NCBI GenBank assembly: GCA_041659945.1
Contig: JBAZXH010000001.1
Coordinates: 425,292 to 489,291, forward strand
Length of the DNA: 64,000 nt
Source of the DNA: Candidatus Pacearchaeota archaeon
Lineage (GTDB): Archaea > Nanobdellota > Nanobdellia > Pacearchaeales > GW2011-AR1
Reading direction: 5' to 3'
Shown here: in pieces, positions 63,836 to 64,000 of the stretch
Layout: every line of letters starts with the position of its first letter
Position numbering within the stretch: position 1 is the stretch's first letter
The notes under the pieces: generated by a model
The model's database searches: none
Told to the model about the DNA's origin: nothing
The model's input: only the letters and a program-made list of their open reading frames with translations
Position numbers and translations under genes: made by a program

Positions 63836-64000
63836 ATGGCACTTAAGGTTTTTAATACACTAACTAGAAAAAAAGAAATATTCAAGCCAATAAAAGGAAA
63901 GAATGTTGGAATGTATTCCTGTGGGCCGACAGTTTATAATTATGCTCATATTGGAAATTTAAGAACTTATATTTTTAATGATCTTGTTAAAAGAAGTTTG
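63836..64000 (+). CDS. cysS: Cysteine--tRNA ligase (5' part, runs off the window)
   Basis: [18 protein letters not shown]...[23 protein letters not shown]; not in the ORF track. Confidence 0.95.
   Translation, partial: MALKVFNTLTRKKEIFKPIKGKNVGMYSCGPTVYNYAHIGNLRTYIFNDLVKRSL

Noticed and set aside
1..64000. Alternative genetic code or stop-codon recoding
   Set aside because: Conserved genes are full length under the standard code, and TAA, TAG and TGA all occur as terminators.

Overview
AT-rich chromosomal segment of a small-genome archaeon, most likely DPANN of the Pacearchaeota/Woesearchaeota type. This is inferred from Alba, eS17, EndA, TFE, FEN1, PolB, Rpp30, NreA, MetAP2, near-leaderless TATA promoters and bacterial-type LeuRS/AlaRS. 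The window holds about 58 CDS, including glyS, leuS, alaS, proS, partial cysS and gatB, three intronless tRNAs (Ala-GGC, CAT, Arg-TCG), a 2343-aa surface protein and several secreted Cys-rich or zincin proteins. No integrase, transposase, cas gene, CRISPR array or reverse transcriptase was seen. The most unusual signal is non-coding: at least two families of small structured palindromic elements whose copies show compensatory base changes. (i) A ~50-bp twin hairpin with a conserved bulged T occurs in-frame inside leuS, behind a duplicated tRNA-Arg 3' end, and upstream of a histidine kinase. (ii) A 129-144-bp multi-stem repeat occurs four times between genes and shares a tandem-GA capped hairpin with an insert behind a duplicated tRNA-Ala 3' end. 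Other notable points are a HAD-like domain inserted into the AlaRS catalytic core, a transposase-like N-terminal domain on GlyRS, and an ALK/LTK-like glycine-rich domain plus a cytoplasmic PRC-barrel in the giant surface protein. All assignments come from motif recognition by eye; no database search was run.
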